A program made the position numbers and the translations under genes. Shown piece after piece: positions 32,591 to 42,828 of a DNA stretch of 64,000 bases (its first letter is position 1; every line of letters starts with the position of its first letter). The notes beneath the pieces were generated by a model, which saw only the letters and a list, made by a program, of their open reading frames with translations, made no database searches and was not told the DNA's origin. The DNA comes from Oscillospiraceae bacterium (GTDB lineage Bacteria; Bacillota; Clostridia; Oscillospirales; Ruminococcaceae): assembly GCA_017483465.1 (NCBI GenBank), contig JAFUWN010000062.1, forward strand, positions 10,085 to 74,084, in the 5' to 3' direction.

Positions 32591-34894
32591 ATGAAGAAGT
32601 TACTCGCAGGCATCTCCAGTCTGGTGATGTGTGCCACTGCTCTGACCGCTCCTGTGCAGAGTGCCGTCACAAGCCTCTCTGCCAATGCTGCTGATGTCAA
32701 TTATGCCGAAGCTCTTCAGAAATCTATGTTTTTCTATGAAGTTCAGCAGGCCGGTGAACTGCCTGACTGGAATATGGTTTCCTGGCGTGATGACTCCATG
32801 CTGACAGATGAAGTGCCCGGCGGCTGGTTCGATGCCGGAGATCATTTCAAATTCGCTCTGACAAATGCCTATACTGCTGCTATTATGGCCTGGGGTGTGA
32901 TCGAATATAAAGATGCACTCAAAAAAGCCGGACTCTATGAGACTTATATGAATAATCTCCAGTGGGGTCTTGACTATGTGGCAGGCTGTGACAGAGGGGA
33001 TGCCGTTGTCGGTACCATCGGTGACGGCTTCGACCATCAGTGTTGGGGCAGTGCAGAAGTTTATATGAGAAAATATAAACTTACAAGCGGTGATGATACC
33101 CGTCCTTTTGATTTAATTACCTGTACTTCTACCACTTCTCAGATGGCTGCTGCTATGGCTGCCGGATATATCGCTTTTAAAGACGAAAATCCGACTCTTG
33201 CCGCAAGCTATCTCGAACATGCAGAAAGTTTATTTGCACTCTCTGATGCAACCAGAAGCAATGAAGATCAGGGCGTTCAGAAATCTTATTATCCGGCTTC
33301 GGATTTCTATGATGATCTGTTCTATGCCGCTAACTGGCTCTACCGTGCTACCGGTGAACAGAAATATCTTGACAAGTGTGATGAATATATCCCGAACTTA
33401 GCAACAGAATCTCAGTCTACAGAAAGAAAGTATACATGGGGCTACTGCTGGGATGATGCGTTACAGGGTGCCGCTCTGCTCTATTATGAGAATACCGGCA
33501 AGGAAGAGTGGAAAACACAGATGGAACATCATCTTGATTACTGGATTGACGGCTACGGCGGAAAACAGGTTGCCTATACACCTGACGGCCTTGCATGGCT
33601 CATGGAATGGGGTGCTCTCCGTCATGTGACTACAACTGCCTGGCTCGCTAAACTCGCAAGCGATGTCGCTTTCAAGGATGATACTGCTAAGGCTGAAAAA
33701 TATAATAACTGGGCAAAGAAACAGCTGGATTACTGCTTTGGTGATAATGATCTGAACCTCTGCTATGTTCAGGGCATGGGCGAGAATAATCCGAAAACGT
33801 TCCATCACAGAACCGCTTCCGGTATTCATGACGATCATTGGCAGAGCCTCGGCCTTGATGAAGCCGATGCAGAAGGCTGGCAGACTGAATATGCTCATAC
33901 TCTGTATGGTGCGTTAGAAGGCGGCCCCTCTAAAGACGGTACTTTCACGGATGAAGTCGGTCAGTATCAGTATACCGAAGTTGCAATTGACTATAATGCC
34001 GGTTATACGGCTCTGCTCTGTGCTATGATTGATGATTACGGCGGAGAACCGCTTGCGGATTTCCCTGAAAAAGAATCTCCCAAGTGGAACGAATTTGAAG
34101 TCGCCGCCGTCATCCAGCAGAATCAGGCAAGCTATACACAGCTCCAGATCTGGGCTATGAACCATTCTGCATGGCCGGCAAGAGTTGTCGAAAATCTGTC
34201 TTATAATTATTATTTCGATGTTTCCGAAGTTCTGGATGCAGGTCTGTCTGTCGATGATATTCAGGTTTCTATCGGCTATGATCAGCATGCAGGCGATGAA
34301 GGTGCTCTGAGTGTCTCCAAGCCGATTCAGTATAAAGATAATATCTATTATATCAAGCTGACTTTCAATGACGGCTCTGTTGTTATGCCGACCGGTCAGT
34401 CTGAACATCGTTCCGAAGCTCAGGTCAGAATTGCTGTTGCTGATACTGCTCCGGCCGGTGCATGGGATCCGACCAATGACCCGTCTTTCAAGGGCTTGCA
34501 GGAAGGCGGTCAGGATTTACTCAAATCTCCGGAAGCTATTACGCCTTATATTACCATGTATGACGGTGATACACTCATCTACGGTGAAGAACCTGACGGC
34601 ACAAAGCCTTCTGAAGAACCTGTCGTTTCTCCGACTGAAAAAGAATCTGAATCGGAAACAACACCCTCTGAATCTTCTTCTGATGATCTGCTCTACGGCG
34701 ATGTCGATATGAACGGTACTGTCAATATTCTTGATGTCATCACACTGAATAAAAATCTGCTCGGAAAAGAAATTATCAATGATGATCAGAAAAAGCGTGC
34801 TGATGTCGTTCTTGATGATACAATTGATTCTGTGGATTCCCTGACAATTCTGAAATATATTGTCGGCATGGCTGCTCTGCCTGTAAAATCCTGA
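32591..34894 (+). CDS. Cellulosomal GH9 endoglucanase with fused CBM3c-like module and dockerin (767 aa)
   Basis: Signal peptide. GH9 without Ig domain (NYAEALQKSMFFYEVQQAG, GGWFDAGDHFKF, HHRTASG, GALEGGPS, YTEVAIDYNAG). CBM3c-like module (EFEVAAVIQQNQASYTQLQIWAMNHSAWPAR). ESESETT linker and dockerin GDVDMNGTVNILDVITLNK..SVDSLTILKYIVG (nt 34697-34891). Confidence 0.92.
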   Translation: MKKLLAGISSLVMCATALTAPVQSAVTSLSANAADVNYAEALQKSMFFYEVQQAGELPDWNMVSWRDDSMLTDEVPGGWFDAGDHFKFALTNAYTAAIMAWGVIEYKDALKKAGLYETYMNNLQWGLDYVAGCDRGDAVVGTIGDGFDHQCWGSAEVYMRKYKLTSGDDTRPFDLITCTSTTSQMAAAMAAGYIAFKDENPTLAASYLEHAESLFALSDATRSNEDQGVQKSYYPASDFYDDLFYAANWLYRATGEQKYLDKCDEYIPNLATESQSTERKYTWGYCWDDALQGAALLYYENTGKEEWKTQMEHHLDYWIDGYGGKQVAYTPDGLAWLMEWGALRHVTTTAWLAKLASDVAFKDDTAKAEKYNNWAKKQLDYCFGDNDLNLCYVQGMGENNPKTFHHRTASGIHDDHWQSLGLDEADAEGWQTEYAHTLYGALEGGPSKDGTFTDEVGQYQYTEVAIDYNAGYTALLCAMIDDYGGEPLADFPEKESPKWNEFEVAAVIQQNQASYTQLQIWAMNHSAWPARVVENLSYNYYFDVSEVLDAGLSVDDIQVSIGYDQHAGDEGALSVSKPIQYKDNIYYIKLTFNDGSVVMPTGQSEHRSEAQVRIAVADTAPAGAWDPTNDPSFKGLQEGGQDLLKSPEAITPYITMYDGDTLIYGEEPDGTKPSEEPVVSPTEKESESETTPSESSSDDLLYGDVDMNGTVNILDVITLNKNLLGKEIINDDQKKRADVVLDDTIDSVDSLTILKYIVGMAALPVKS

Positions 34895-34967
34895 GACTAA
34901 TATTTGTAAATAATATACAAAAAAAGTGTACACAGTTTAGATAAACTGCCGAAATTGAAAAAAACTC

Positions 34968-34996
34968 TTTACTTTTCCGGACAAATATACTATAAT
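34968..34996 (+). promoter_or_regulatory. Candidate sigma-A promoter of the CBM4-GH9 gene
   Basis: TTTACT-17-TATAAT; it would give a ~130-nt 5' UTR containing the hairpin TACCCG-N10-CGGGTA (35064-35085). Confidence 0.4.
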
Positions 34997-35133
34997 AAAT
35001 TTGATAGGATTTTTACAGAACTGTGTGTATTTTGTGAAATCGTTATCGTCTTCATGATTATTGTACCCGCTTGCACTGACGGGTATGATATAAATTCCAA
35101 ATTTTACTAATTATTAATGGGAGGGTAATACCA

Positions 35134-38100
35134 ATGCGCAAATTTAATTTTGGTAAGAAGTTCGCTGCTGGTGCTGCTGCACTCGCTATGGTAGCAACTT
35201 CTTCTGCAGCTTCTGTTGCAAGCATGACTGCTTTTGCAGGCAATCTGCTCGGTCAGGGTACATTCCAAGAGGGTGCCGGTCTGCCGTGGCATATCTGTGA
35301 AAACGGTTCTGCATCTATGGCTTTTGAAATCAACAACGGCGTTTACGCTATCGAAATCATCAACACCGGTGGTGCTTCCGAAGGCGGCGAAGACAGATGG
35401 GACTGCCAGTTCCGTCACAGACAGCTTTCCATTACTTATGGTCATAAGTATCGTCTGACTTATTCTGTTTATGCTACCAATTCCGGTCATATGTATGCAA
35501 AACTCGGTGACGTTACTAACGATGACTGCGAATACTGGCATAACTGCGGTAATAAAGTAGATATGGGCGAATATGATCCGAGCCTCGGTCAGGATGATCT
35601 CGTTTCAAAACTGACAAGTGCTTCTGTCAGCAAGGAAACTGATAAGAGCAATCAGAGCCAGTGGGATGTTCCTTATTATCAGGGCTGGAATTCCTGGAAA
35701 GAAGATACAATTCCTGCTAAAACATGGAAGACATATGCTTGGGAATTCTACATTGATAAGTCCTATATGGAAAATCTGAACGGTAACGTTCCGGAAGGCA
35801 AGAAGACTGTTGAATGGACATTCCATTTCGGCGGCGATGGTCAGTATACTCCTGAAAAGTGCTTCCCGGCTGGTACTGTTATCAAGTTCGATAACCTCGC
35901 TCTGATTGATATGGACGGCTCTGACACTGACTGGGAAGAACCTCCTGTAAAAGAACAGCGTGATATTGTTCTGAACCAGGTTGGTTTCTATCCGAACCTC
36001 CAGAAACAGGCTACTGTGGAAGGCGGCAGCGGCAGTTCCTTTGAAGTAAAGGATTCTTCCGGCAAGACTGTTTATACCGGCACACTCGGCTCTGCTATCA
36101 CTGATGATACTGCTGGTGAAACTGTTCAGATCGCTGATTTCTCTGACTTCACAACTCCTGGTACAGGTTACTATATCGAAGCTAACGGCAAGAAGTCTCT
36201 GCCTTTCGATATCGGCAATGACATCTATGACGGTCTGGTTACAGATGCTATGAACTATTATTATCTGAACCGTTCCGGTATCGACCTGAGCGATCAGTAT
36301 GTTTCTGACTCCAAGGGTCATTATTCCAATAATCCGCATGACAGTGACAGAACTCTCGGCCGTAAGGCTGGTCACAAGCCGGATACTGCTTACATCTCTG
36401 ATGAATGGGTATATATCTACACTTCTGAACCGACATATTCTCAGTCCATCGATGTAACAGGCGGCTGGTACGATGCCGGTGACTATGGTAAATACGTTGT
36501 AAACGGCGGCGTTTCCATGTGGACTCTTGGTAATACTTACGAACGTGCTCTCTATGCTGGCAAGGCTGACAAGTGGGCTGACGGCTCCGGCACTGTCAAG
36601 ATTCCTGAAACCGGCAACGGCATTCCGGATATCCTTGACGAAATGATGTGGGAAGCTGACTTCTTCGAGACCATGCAGCGTGCTGACGGTATGGTTTACC
36701 ACAAGATTCATGACTACAAGTGGACAGGCCTCGGCGTTATGCCTTACTATGAAGAAGGCACTAAGGAAGAAACTACCAATCCGAAGCGTATCGTAAAGCC
36801 TGCTACTTATGCTGCTACTCTGAATGCTGCTGCATCATGGGCACAGCTGGCTCGTCTGCTCAAGCCCTATAATGAAGCTAAGGCAAATGAATATATTGCA
36901 GCTGCTGAAAAGGCTTACAAGGCTGCCAAGACTGCTTTCGTTGGCAATTATAAAGATATCTATGCTAAGGTTGACGGCGACTACACCAAGGACGATATGT
37001 TCGCACCTCTGGAACAGAACAAGGGCGGCGGACCTTACGGTGATACTCAGGTTTCCGACGAATTCTACTGGGCTTCTACAGAACTGTTCCTGACAACAGG
37101 CGGTGCTGAATACGGCACAGATATGAGAGCTTATGCTGATGCTTTCACTGTTCCGACTCACGTATTCGGCGGTGAAAACAAGGGCGACCCGACTGCCTTC
37201 ACATGGGGCACTCTGGAAGCACTCGGCACAATGTCCTATGCTGTTCAGAAAGACAATGCAAATGCTGATGCTGCTGAAATCAAGAAGTCTTCCGAAGCTG
37301 TTCAGGCTGCTGCTGACTACTATCTCGGCGTTGAAAGCAAGTCCGGTTATGGTACTAACTACGAAGGTCAGGATATGTCCGCAACAATCACTGTATTCGA
37401 CGGCGATACTCCTACAGAAAAGACCATCGATATGAAGGGTGCTTACGGCTGGGGTTCCAACTCCATGGTAGCTAACAATGCTATCGTTCTGGGTATTGCT
37501 TATGACCTCACTGATGAAGTGAAGTACCTGAACGGTGTATCTTCTTCCTTCGACTATATCCTCGGCAGAAACGCTATGGAAAATTCCTATGTAACCGGCT
37601 GGGGTACTGAAACAACCAACTATCCGCATCACAGATACTGGTGCCCGCAGATGAAGGCCGGCTGGCCGTATGCTCCATCCGGATGCCTGTCTGGCGGCCC
37701 GAACTCCAACATGAACGACCCGATGATCCAGGGTGCTGGTTATAAGATCGGCGAACTCGCTCCGCAGAAGTGCTACTATGACCAGAACGATGCTTGGTCT
37801 GTAAACGAAATCACCATCAACTGGAATGCTCCGCTCGTATGGGTATCTTCCTTCATGGAAGACGAAGGCCCGAATGCCGGCGAACAGCAGGAAACAAAGC
37901 CGACTGAATCTCAGACTGGCGATATCCTCTGGGGTGATGCTGACTGCAACGGCGTTGTAAATATTCTGGACGTTATCACTCTGAACAAGAGCGTTATGGG
38001 TAAAGAATCTCTGACCGATCAGGGCAAGATCAACGCTGACGTTGACCAGAGCGGTACACCGGATTCTACTGACTCCCTGAATATTCTGAAGCTGATCGTT

Positions 38101-38136
38101 GGTCTGTATACACAGGCTAACTTCCCGATCAAGTAA
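35134..38136 (+). CDS. Cellulosomal endoglucanase: CBM4_9-like - Ig-like - GH9 - dockerin (1000 aa)
   Basis: Signal peptide. N-terminal CBM4_9-like beta-sandwich (GNLLGQGTFQEG..WDCQFRH). GH9 motifs DVTGGWYDAGDYGKYVVNGG, YPHHRYW, LSGGPNS, AWSVNEITINWNAPLVW. Dockerin GDADCNGVVNILDVITLNK..DQSGTPDSTDSLNILKLIVG (nt 37933-38133). GGGAGG RBS and strongly biased codon usage. Confidence 0.94.
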   Translation: MRKFNFGKKFAAGAAALAMVATSSAASVASMTAFAGNLLGQGTFQEGAGLPWHICENGSASMAFEINNGVYAIEIINTGGASEGGEDRWDCQFRHRQLSITYGHKYRLTYSVYATNSGHMYAKLGDVTNDDCEYWHNCGNKVDMGEYDPSLGQDDLVSKLTSASVSKETDKSNQSQWDVPYYQGWNSWKEDTIPAKTWKTYAWEFYIDKSYMENLNGNVPEGKKTVEWTFHFGGDGQYTPEKCFPAGTVIKFDNLALIDMDGSDTDWEEPPVKEQRDIVLNQVGFYPNLQKQATVEGGSGSSFEVKDSSGKTVYTGTLGSAITDDTAGETVQIADFSDFTTPGTGYYIEANGKKSLPFDIGNDIYDGLVTDAMNYYYLNRSGIDLSDQYVSDSKGHYSNNPHDSDRTLGRKAGHKPDTAYISDEWVYIYTSEPTYSQSIDVTGGWYDAGDYGKYVVNGGVSMWTLGNTYERALYAGKADKWADGSGTVKIPETGNGIPDILDEMMWEADFFETMQRADGMVYHKIHDYKWTGLGVMPYYEEGTKEETTNPKRIVKPATYAATLNAAASWAQLARLLKPYNEAKANEYIAAAEKAYKAAKTAFVGNYKDIYAKVDGDYTKDDMFAPLEQNKGGGPYGDTQVSDEFYWASTELFLTTGGAEYGTDMRAYADAFTVPTHVFGGENKGDPTAFTWGTLEALGTMSYAVQKDNANADAAEIKKSSEAVQAAADYYLGVESKSGYGTNYEGQDMSATITVFDGDTPTEKTIDMKGAYGWGSNSMVANNAIVLGIAYDLTDEVKYLNGVSSSFDYILGRNAMENSYVTGWGTETTNYPHHRYWCPQMKAGWPYAPSGCLSGGPNSNMNDPMIQGAGYKIGELAPQKCYYDQNDAWSVNEITINWNAPLVWVSSFMEDEGPNAGEQQETKPTESQTGDILWGDADCNGVVNILDVITLNKSVMGKESLTDQGKINADVDQSGTPDSTDSLNILKLIVGLYTQANFPIK

Positions 38137-38160
38137 TTCAGGATTAAAAAGCAATTTCAA

Positions 38161-38190
38161 ACAGGACAGCTTCGGCTGTCCTGTTTTTTA
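38161..38190. terminator. Bidirectional terminator (CBM4-GH9 / yqfD)
   Basis: Hairpin ACAGGACAGC-ttcg-GCTGTCCTGT followed by TTTTTT; it overlaps the yqfD stop codon. Confidence 0.8.
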
Positions 38191-39378
38191 TTCTGATTCT
38201 GTTTCCGGCTGTGTTTCGGTTTTGGAAACAAAAAAATCCGATGTCATGCCGATTTCACCTTTCAGAGTATAGGTCAGCAGACAGGTGATTCCGGTTTCAG
38301 TTTTGTGATATTCTTTCTGACAGTCAAGAATTTCCGTATTCAGAAAATTTTTTTCATACCGGACAATCGCAGAATTTAAAGCCAGGAGTGTTTCTTCTTC
38401 TGAACGCTCTGTAACAGATGTCCGCTTTTCCGAAGTGACTCTCCGGATGATTCCGGCCGGAAGCCGATGTTCTAAAAAACTGAACGGCATGTCATATTCT
38501 TTGCAAGAAAATTCCTGAAAATCCGGCTTTCTGAGATCAAGAGGAATTCTGAGATTGAATAATCTGAACCATTTCTGTGTGACTTGTCTGCCGGTCGGAA
38601 CTGTCTGTGTTTCGGAAAAATATTCTGTCAGTTCTGTCTGCTGTGTGTAAATACCTGTCACACTTCCGAGAGCATGGCAATAATGCAAAATTCTGCCGTC
38701 TGCATTCTGTACTGCTCCGCTGACAATCACTTCTCCGGCGGAAACACCGTCACCAATCATCCGGAGTAATTGTCCGTTATAAATGCGGACATCTGTGATC
38801 TGTGCGTTATATCTTGAAATAATATGACAGGGAGTCCGTTCATGTGTCATAGAGGGCTGTTTTTTTTCTTCTGTGATCTGAACAATCAGCCGGTTCCCGG
38901 TGCTTCGCATACCTGCCCAGGCGATTTCCGGAATTTTTGTCCGGAGTGTAATTTCACAGTGACTGATGTCAATATCAGTCATCCAGGTGCCCTGTTTTAC
39001 GCCCTCCTGTTCGAGAAGCGACAGAATCAAAGCAGTTTCGGTCTGTTCTGCACCCTGAATCTCAATCACGGAGACTGTGTTGGAATAATAAAAAATCAGA
39101 GCCGCTCCGGCCAGAAGTCCCAGCGGAATCCCGAAACGAAATCTGTATTTTTTCAGCATTCCCAGAAATGACGGGATTTCCTGTATGGTTAATGTGACAT
39201 GATGCAGTTCTGCAAGCCGTTCCAGCTCCGGCAGATCTTTTTTCGCAATCCGGCAGAAAAAGATATTTTTTTTACAATACTGATTTCCGCATGAAACAGT
39301 ACTGTTCCGGATGGCATTGATAAACGGATACGGATTCCGGCTTTCTGCCTGAATATCGCAGTATTCACGGATTTTCAT
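38188..39378 (-). CDS. yqfD: Sporulation protein YqfD
   Basis: 396 aa. The N-terminal region reads NPYPFINAIRNSTVSC....FFCRIAKKDLPELERLA, followed by a single TM after ~aa 85 (KKYRFRFGIPLGLLAGAALIFYY). Immediately downstream of yqfC. Confidence 0.85.
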   Translation of the reverse strand: MKIREYCDIQAESRNPYPFINAIRNSTVSCGNQYCKKNIFFCRIAKKDLPELERLAELHHVTLTIQEIPSFLGMLKKYRFRFGIPLGLLAGAALIFYYSNTVSVIEIQGAEQTETALILSLLEQEGVKQGTWMTDIDISHCEITLRTKIPEIAWAGMRSTGNRLIVQITEEKKQPSMTHERTPCHIISRYNAQITDVRIYNGQLLRMIGDGVSAGEVIVSGAVQNADGRILHYCHALGSVTGIYTQQTELTEYFSETQTVPTGRQVTQKWFRLFNLRIPLDLRKPDFQEFSCKEYDMPFSFLEHRLPAGIIRRVTSEKRTSVTERSEEETLLALNSAIVRYEKNFLNTEILDCQKEYHKTETGITCLLTYTLKGEIGMTSDFFVSKTETQPETESE

Positions 39379-39383
39379 GAAAA

Positions 39384-39638
39384 TCAGCTCTTTTCTGTCA
39401 GATTCAGGGAGGATATTTTTCCCGTCACGGTCACACTGCTGTCGTTATAATCAAACACACGCAGACCTGTTCCCCAGATTTCTATAGTCATATCCAGTGT
39501 CTGCAATCTGACCAGAACTTCATTATATTCCAGAATTCTCCGGCAGTTTTCAATTTTCAGCTGTTCGTTTCCGTGCAGATGCAAATAAGTGTCCAGATAA
39601 ACCCACCCTGTTACAGAGGGAGAAAATTTTTTTCGCAA
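39384..39638 (-). CDS. yqfC: Sporulation protein YqfC (YabP family)
   Basis: 84 aa with a YabP-like beta-rich pattern (LHGNEQLKIENCRRILEYNEVLVRL..IWGTGLRVFDY..VTVTGKISSL). TTG start 7 nt after AGGAGTG. Confidence 0.8.
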   Translation of the reverse strand: MRKKFSPSVTGWVYLDTYLHLHGNEQLKIENCRRILEYNEVLVRLQTLDMTIEIWGTGLRVFDYNDSSVTVTGKISSLNLTEKS

Positions 39639-39671
39639 ATCTTAATCACTCCTGTTTTTCAGACTTGCTGT

Positions 39672-39700
39672 ATTCTATGAGCCGTTCCGGACAGATATGC
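39672..39700 (-). promoter_or_regulatory. Candidate sigma-E-type sporulation promoter upstream of yqfC-yqfD
   Basis: Minus strand GCATATC-14 nt-CATAGAAT resembles the Bacillus sigma-E consensus (xxATAxx-14-CATACAxT). Recalled from memory and not verified. Confidence 0.35.
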
Positions 39701-39735
39701 GAATATCCGGCAAAAATCCGGCATAGGCTGTAACG

Positions 39736-40773
39736 GTGATGTACATGCAGAACAGAGCTTTTTATTATAATTTTTTATTGATCATCAGTATTTTATTTTT
39801 CTTCTTCGGAGCTGTTTATTTTCATGAGCCAATTGCTCAGGCGGTTCTGAATGCCGGAACACGCTGTATTTTTGTGATTCTGCCGTCATTATATTTATTT
39901 TCGATCTTAGCAGCATTCTGTGTCAGATCCGGTTTTCTGGAACTGCTTGCAGAGCCGTTTCAGAAAATAATAAAGACAGATGCGGTTCTGTGGCTGGTTG
40001 TGATATTTTCGCAGATCGGCGGTTATCCCGCAGGAGCACAGCTTCTGCATAATCTATATCAGAATGGCAGAATTTCTCAGGAACAGGAAAGAAATCTGCT
40101 CTGTGCGTGTATGGGCTGCGGATTCGGTTTTTTATTTGCAACTGTCGGCGGAAATCTCCGGACAGCTCTTGCGTTATGGCTGATCATAAGCCTCCCGAAT
40201 TTTATACTTGCCGGATGTCTGATCAGAAATCATAATATCAAAAAAGCAGAATCTCCCGAAAAACTTTCTTTTTCTGTATTATTGACGGAAAGTGTTGACA
40301 GTGCTGCTTCCGCAATGCTGAAAATCTGCGGAATGATACTGGCTTTCGGTGCATTCATGGGAATTCTGTACGGAATTTTTGGAGATTTCAATCAGATTTT
40401 CGCAAGTATTCTGGAGATCAGCAATTTATCAGACTATATGAAAAATGGCGGTACGCTGCCGGTTGCCGCCGGATTATTATCCTTCGGCGGATGCTGTGTA
40501 CATTTTCAGATCGCTGCCGTTTGTGAAAATCATCTTGACTGGATGAAATTTTTAGTGTGCAGAATCCTGACTGCTGTCAGTTCCGGCTTGTTGTGCAGAA
40601 TCTGTCTGAAATTTTTCTTTCCGGAAAGCGTTCCGGCATTTTTGATCAATACTGTTACACCTGCATACAGCACACAAAATGCTGTTCCGGCCTGCTGTCT
40701 GGCGGTCATGTCTGTATTTGTCCTGAAAAAATATGATTTTTTTCATAAATCATTGACAAATTGTAAAAAATAA
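39736..40773 (+). CDS. Polytopic membrane protein, YlbJ-like (nucleoside-recognition/Gate domain; sporulation-associated)
   Basis: 345 aa with about 8-10 TM helices, divergent from yqfC-yqfD. The start is uncertain (GTG 39736, ATG 39739 or 39745; no strong RBS). Confidence 0.55.
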   Translation: MMYMQNRAFYYNFLLIISILFFFFGAVYFHEPIAQAVLNAGTRCIFVILPSLYLFSILAAFCVRSGFLELLAEPFQKIIKTDAVLWLVVIFSQIGGYPAGAQLLHNLYQNGRISQEQERNLLCACMGCGFGFLFATVGGNLRTALALWLIISLPNFILAGCLIRNHNIKKAESPEKLSFSVLLTESVDSAASAMLKICGMILAFGAFMGILYGIFGDFNQIFASILEISNLSDYMKNGGTLPVAAGLLSFGGCCVHFQIAAVCENHLDWMKFLVCRILTAVSSGLLCRICLKFFFPESVPAFLINTVTPAYSTQNAVPACCLAVMSVFVLKKYDFFHKSLTNCKK

Positions 40774-40781
40774 GTTAAAAT
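40753..40781 (+). promoter_or_regulatory. Sigma-A promoter of the GH5 gene
   Basis: TTGACA-17-TAAAAT, overlapping the end of the preceding CDS. Confidence 0.6.
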
Positions 40782-40825
40782 AAAAATAGCATTGATTGCA
40801 TGAAAATTCAGAGGAGGTAATTGCA

Positions 40826-42688
40826 ATGAAATTTTTTAAAAGACTGGCAGCCGGGGTTTCTGCACTTGCCCTGTGTGCCGGGATGACAGTTTCCGGTTTT
40901 GTTCCGGTAAATGCTGCCGATGATAACAATGATGACTGGTTACATGCTGTCGGAAGCCGTCTCTATGATAAAGACGGGAATGAAGTCTGGCTGACCGGTG
41001 CGAACTGGTTCGGTTTTAACTGTTCCGAAAACTGTGCTCATGGTATGTATGCCGCTGACTGCGATGCTTTTTTGCAGAGCGTGGCTAACCACGGAATCAA
41101 TATCATCCGTATGCCGATTTCAACAGAATTGTTATGCTCCTGGATGAACGGGGAACCTAATCCCGTGCAGAGCGTTCAGGCAAGCTATGAACCCCCTGTT
41201 GATCAGGTCGGTGAAGACGGAACAGTCACCAAAGCCGGTACTTATGGCAATATCAATAAAGATTTCGTAGAATCTGACGGCAAGACTCTCAAGAATTCTC
41301 TCGAAATTTTTGATGCCATGATGAAAAAAATGAAACAGTATGGCCTGAAAGTTCTGGTCGATGTCCATAGTCCGACTGCTCATAACTCCGGTCATAACTA
41401 TAATCTTTGGTATTATAATGCCGAATGTGAAGCCGCTGATACTATGGCTATCACAGAAGGCGGTCATGAAGTTACTTATCAGGAATGGATTGATTCTATT
41501 ACCTGGCTCGCTGAACGCTATGCTAATGATGATACCATCTTAGCATATGACCTGAAAAATGAACCTCACGGAAAAAGAGGCTATGACGGTACAACTTGTC
41601 CAAGCGGAATTGCAAGATGGGATGACTCTAAAGTTGAAAATAACTGGGCTTATGCCGCTACTGAATGCGGCAATTCGATTCTGAATGTCAATCCGAATGC
41701 TCTGATTCTGATCGAGGGCGTTGAGCAGTATCCTAAGACTGACAAGGGGGCGACTTATGATACTGCTGATATCTGGCAGGCACCTGCGGATGTTTCACCC
41801 TGGTACGGTGCATGGTGGGGCGGTAACCTCAGAGGCGTGAAAGATTATCCGATTGATTTCGGCGATGCTAAGAAAAATTCTCAGATTGTCTATTCTCCCC
41901 ATGACTACGGCCCTTCTGTTTATGAACAGACCTGGTTCAATAAAGAATTTGATACACAGTCTTTGTTAGATGATTACTGGTATGATACCTGGGCTTATAT
42001 CAATGACAAAGATATTGCCCCTCTGCTGATCGGTGAATGGGGCGGCCATATGGACGGCGGTAAAAATGAAAAATGGATGACTCTGCTCCGTGATTATATG
42101 ATTGACAATCATATTAATCATACATTCTGGTGTCTGAATCCGAACTCCGGTGATACCGGCGGTCTGCTCGGCTATGACTTCACGACATGGGATGAAGAAA
42201 AATACGGTCTGTTTGAACCCTCTCTGTGGCAGACAACTGACGGGACATATATCGGTCTTGATCATGCACATAAACTCGGTGATTCCGGTCTGACCGTAGC
42301 AGAATTCTACGCTTCCGGTGCTTCCAGCAATCTCGATGCAGGCGGAAAATCTGATCCGGTCGAGATCGAAACCAAACCCGCAGAAGAAACTTCTGAAACC
42401 GAAACCGTGAAAGAAACAGAATCTGAACCTCCGGCCAGTTCCGAAACCGAATCTGAAACTGCTGATACTTCCGCTTCTGATACTATGCTCGGTGATGTGG
42501 ATGAAAATAAAGCGATAAATATCCTGGATGTTATCGCTCTGAACAGAAATCTGCTCGGTAAGGATGTACTTACAGAATCTCAGAAAAAAGCAGCTGATGT
42601 CAATAACAGCGGTACACCGGATTCCGGTGACTCCCTGGCGATTCTGAAATATATTGTCGGAATTATCAAAGATTTCAGCGAAGCTTAA
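40826..42688 (+). CDS. Cellulosomal GH5 endoglucanase with dockerin
   Basis: Start at ATG 40826 behind GAGGAGG. Signal peptide. GH5 motifs: LTGANWFGFN, DLKNEPHG (acid/base), LIGEWGG (nucleophile), HTFWCLNPNSGDTGG. ETSETETVKETESE linker and dockerin GDVDENKAINILDVIALNR..NNSGTPDSGDSLAILKYIVG (nt 42491-42685). Confidence 0.93.
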   Translation: MKFFKRLAAGVSALALCAGMTVSGFVPVNAADDNNDDWLHAVGSRLYDKDGNEVWLTGANWFGFNCSENCAHGMYAADCDAFLQSVANHGINIIRMPISTELLCSWMNGEPNPVQSVQASYEPPVDQVGEDGTVTKAGTYGNINKDFVESDGKTLKNSLEIFDAMMKKMKQYGLKVLVDVHSPTAHNSGHNYNLWYYNAECEAADTMAITEGGHEVTYQEWIDSITWLAERYANDDTILAYDLKNEPHGKRGYDGTTCPSGIARWDDSKVENNWAYAATECGNSILNVNPNALILIEGVEQYPKTDKGATYDTADIWQAPADVSPWYGAWWGGNLRGVKDYPIDFGDAKKNSQIVYSPHDYGPSVYEQTWFNKEFDTQSLLDDYWYDTWAYINDKDIAPLLIGEWGGHMDGGKNEKWMTLLRDYMIDNHINHTFWCLNPNSGDTGGLLGYDFTTWDEEKYGLFEPSLWQTTDGTYIGLDHAHKLGDSGLTVAEFYASGASSNLDAGGKSDPVEIETKPAEETSETETVKETESEPPASSETESETADTSASDTMLGDVDENKAINILDVIALNRNLLGKDVLTESQKKAADVNNSGTPDSGDSLAILKYIVGIIKDFSEA

Positions 42689-42693
42689 AAAGC

Positions 42694-42727
42694 AATCCGC
42701 AGTGTGGAAACATGCTGCGGATTTTTT
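42694..42727 (+). terminator. GH5 gene terminator
   Basis: Hairpin AATCCGCAG-N12-CTGCGGATT followed by TTTT. Confidence 0.75.
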
Positions 42728-42764
42728 ATGTCTGTATAAAAATAAAATGGGAATGAATTTGGCC

Positions 42765-42792
42765 TTGACATCGGCTTTTTTTGTGATATAAT
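42765..42792 (+). promoter_or_regulatory. Sigma-A promoter of the LRR-dockerin gene
   Basis: TTGACA-16-TATAAT. Confidence 0.6.
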
Positions 42793-42828
42793 AAAATTAA
42801 TCAGAGTAATTAAAAAGGGGGATTTTTT

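Noticed and set aside
35605-38160. Two very long minus-strand ORFs (368 and 441 aa) opposite the CBM4-GH9 gene
   Set aside because: They are shadow ORFs. They lie exactly antisense to a gene with clear GH9 motifs and strong codon bias, which removes antisense stops. Their products are low-complexity (Ser/Ile/Val/Cys-rich), and they have no RBS or promoter.
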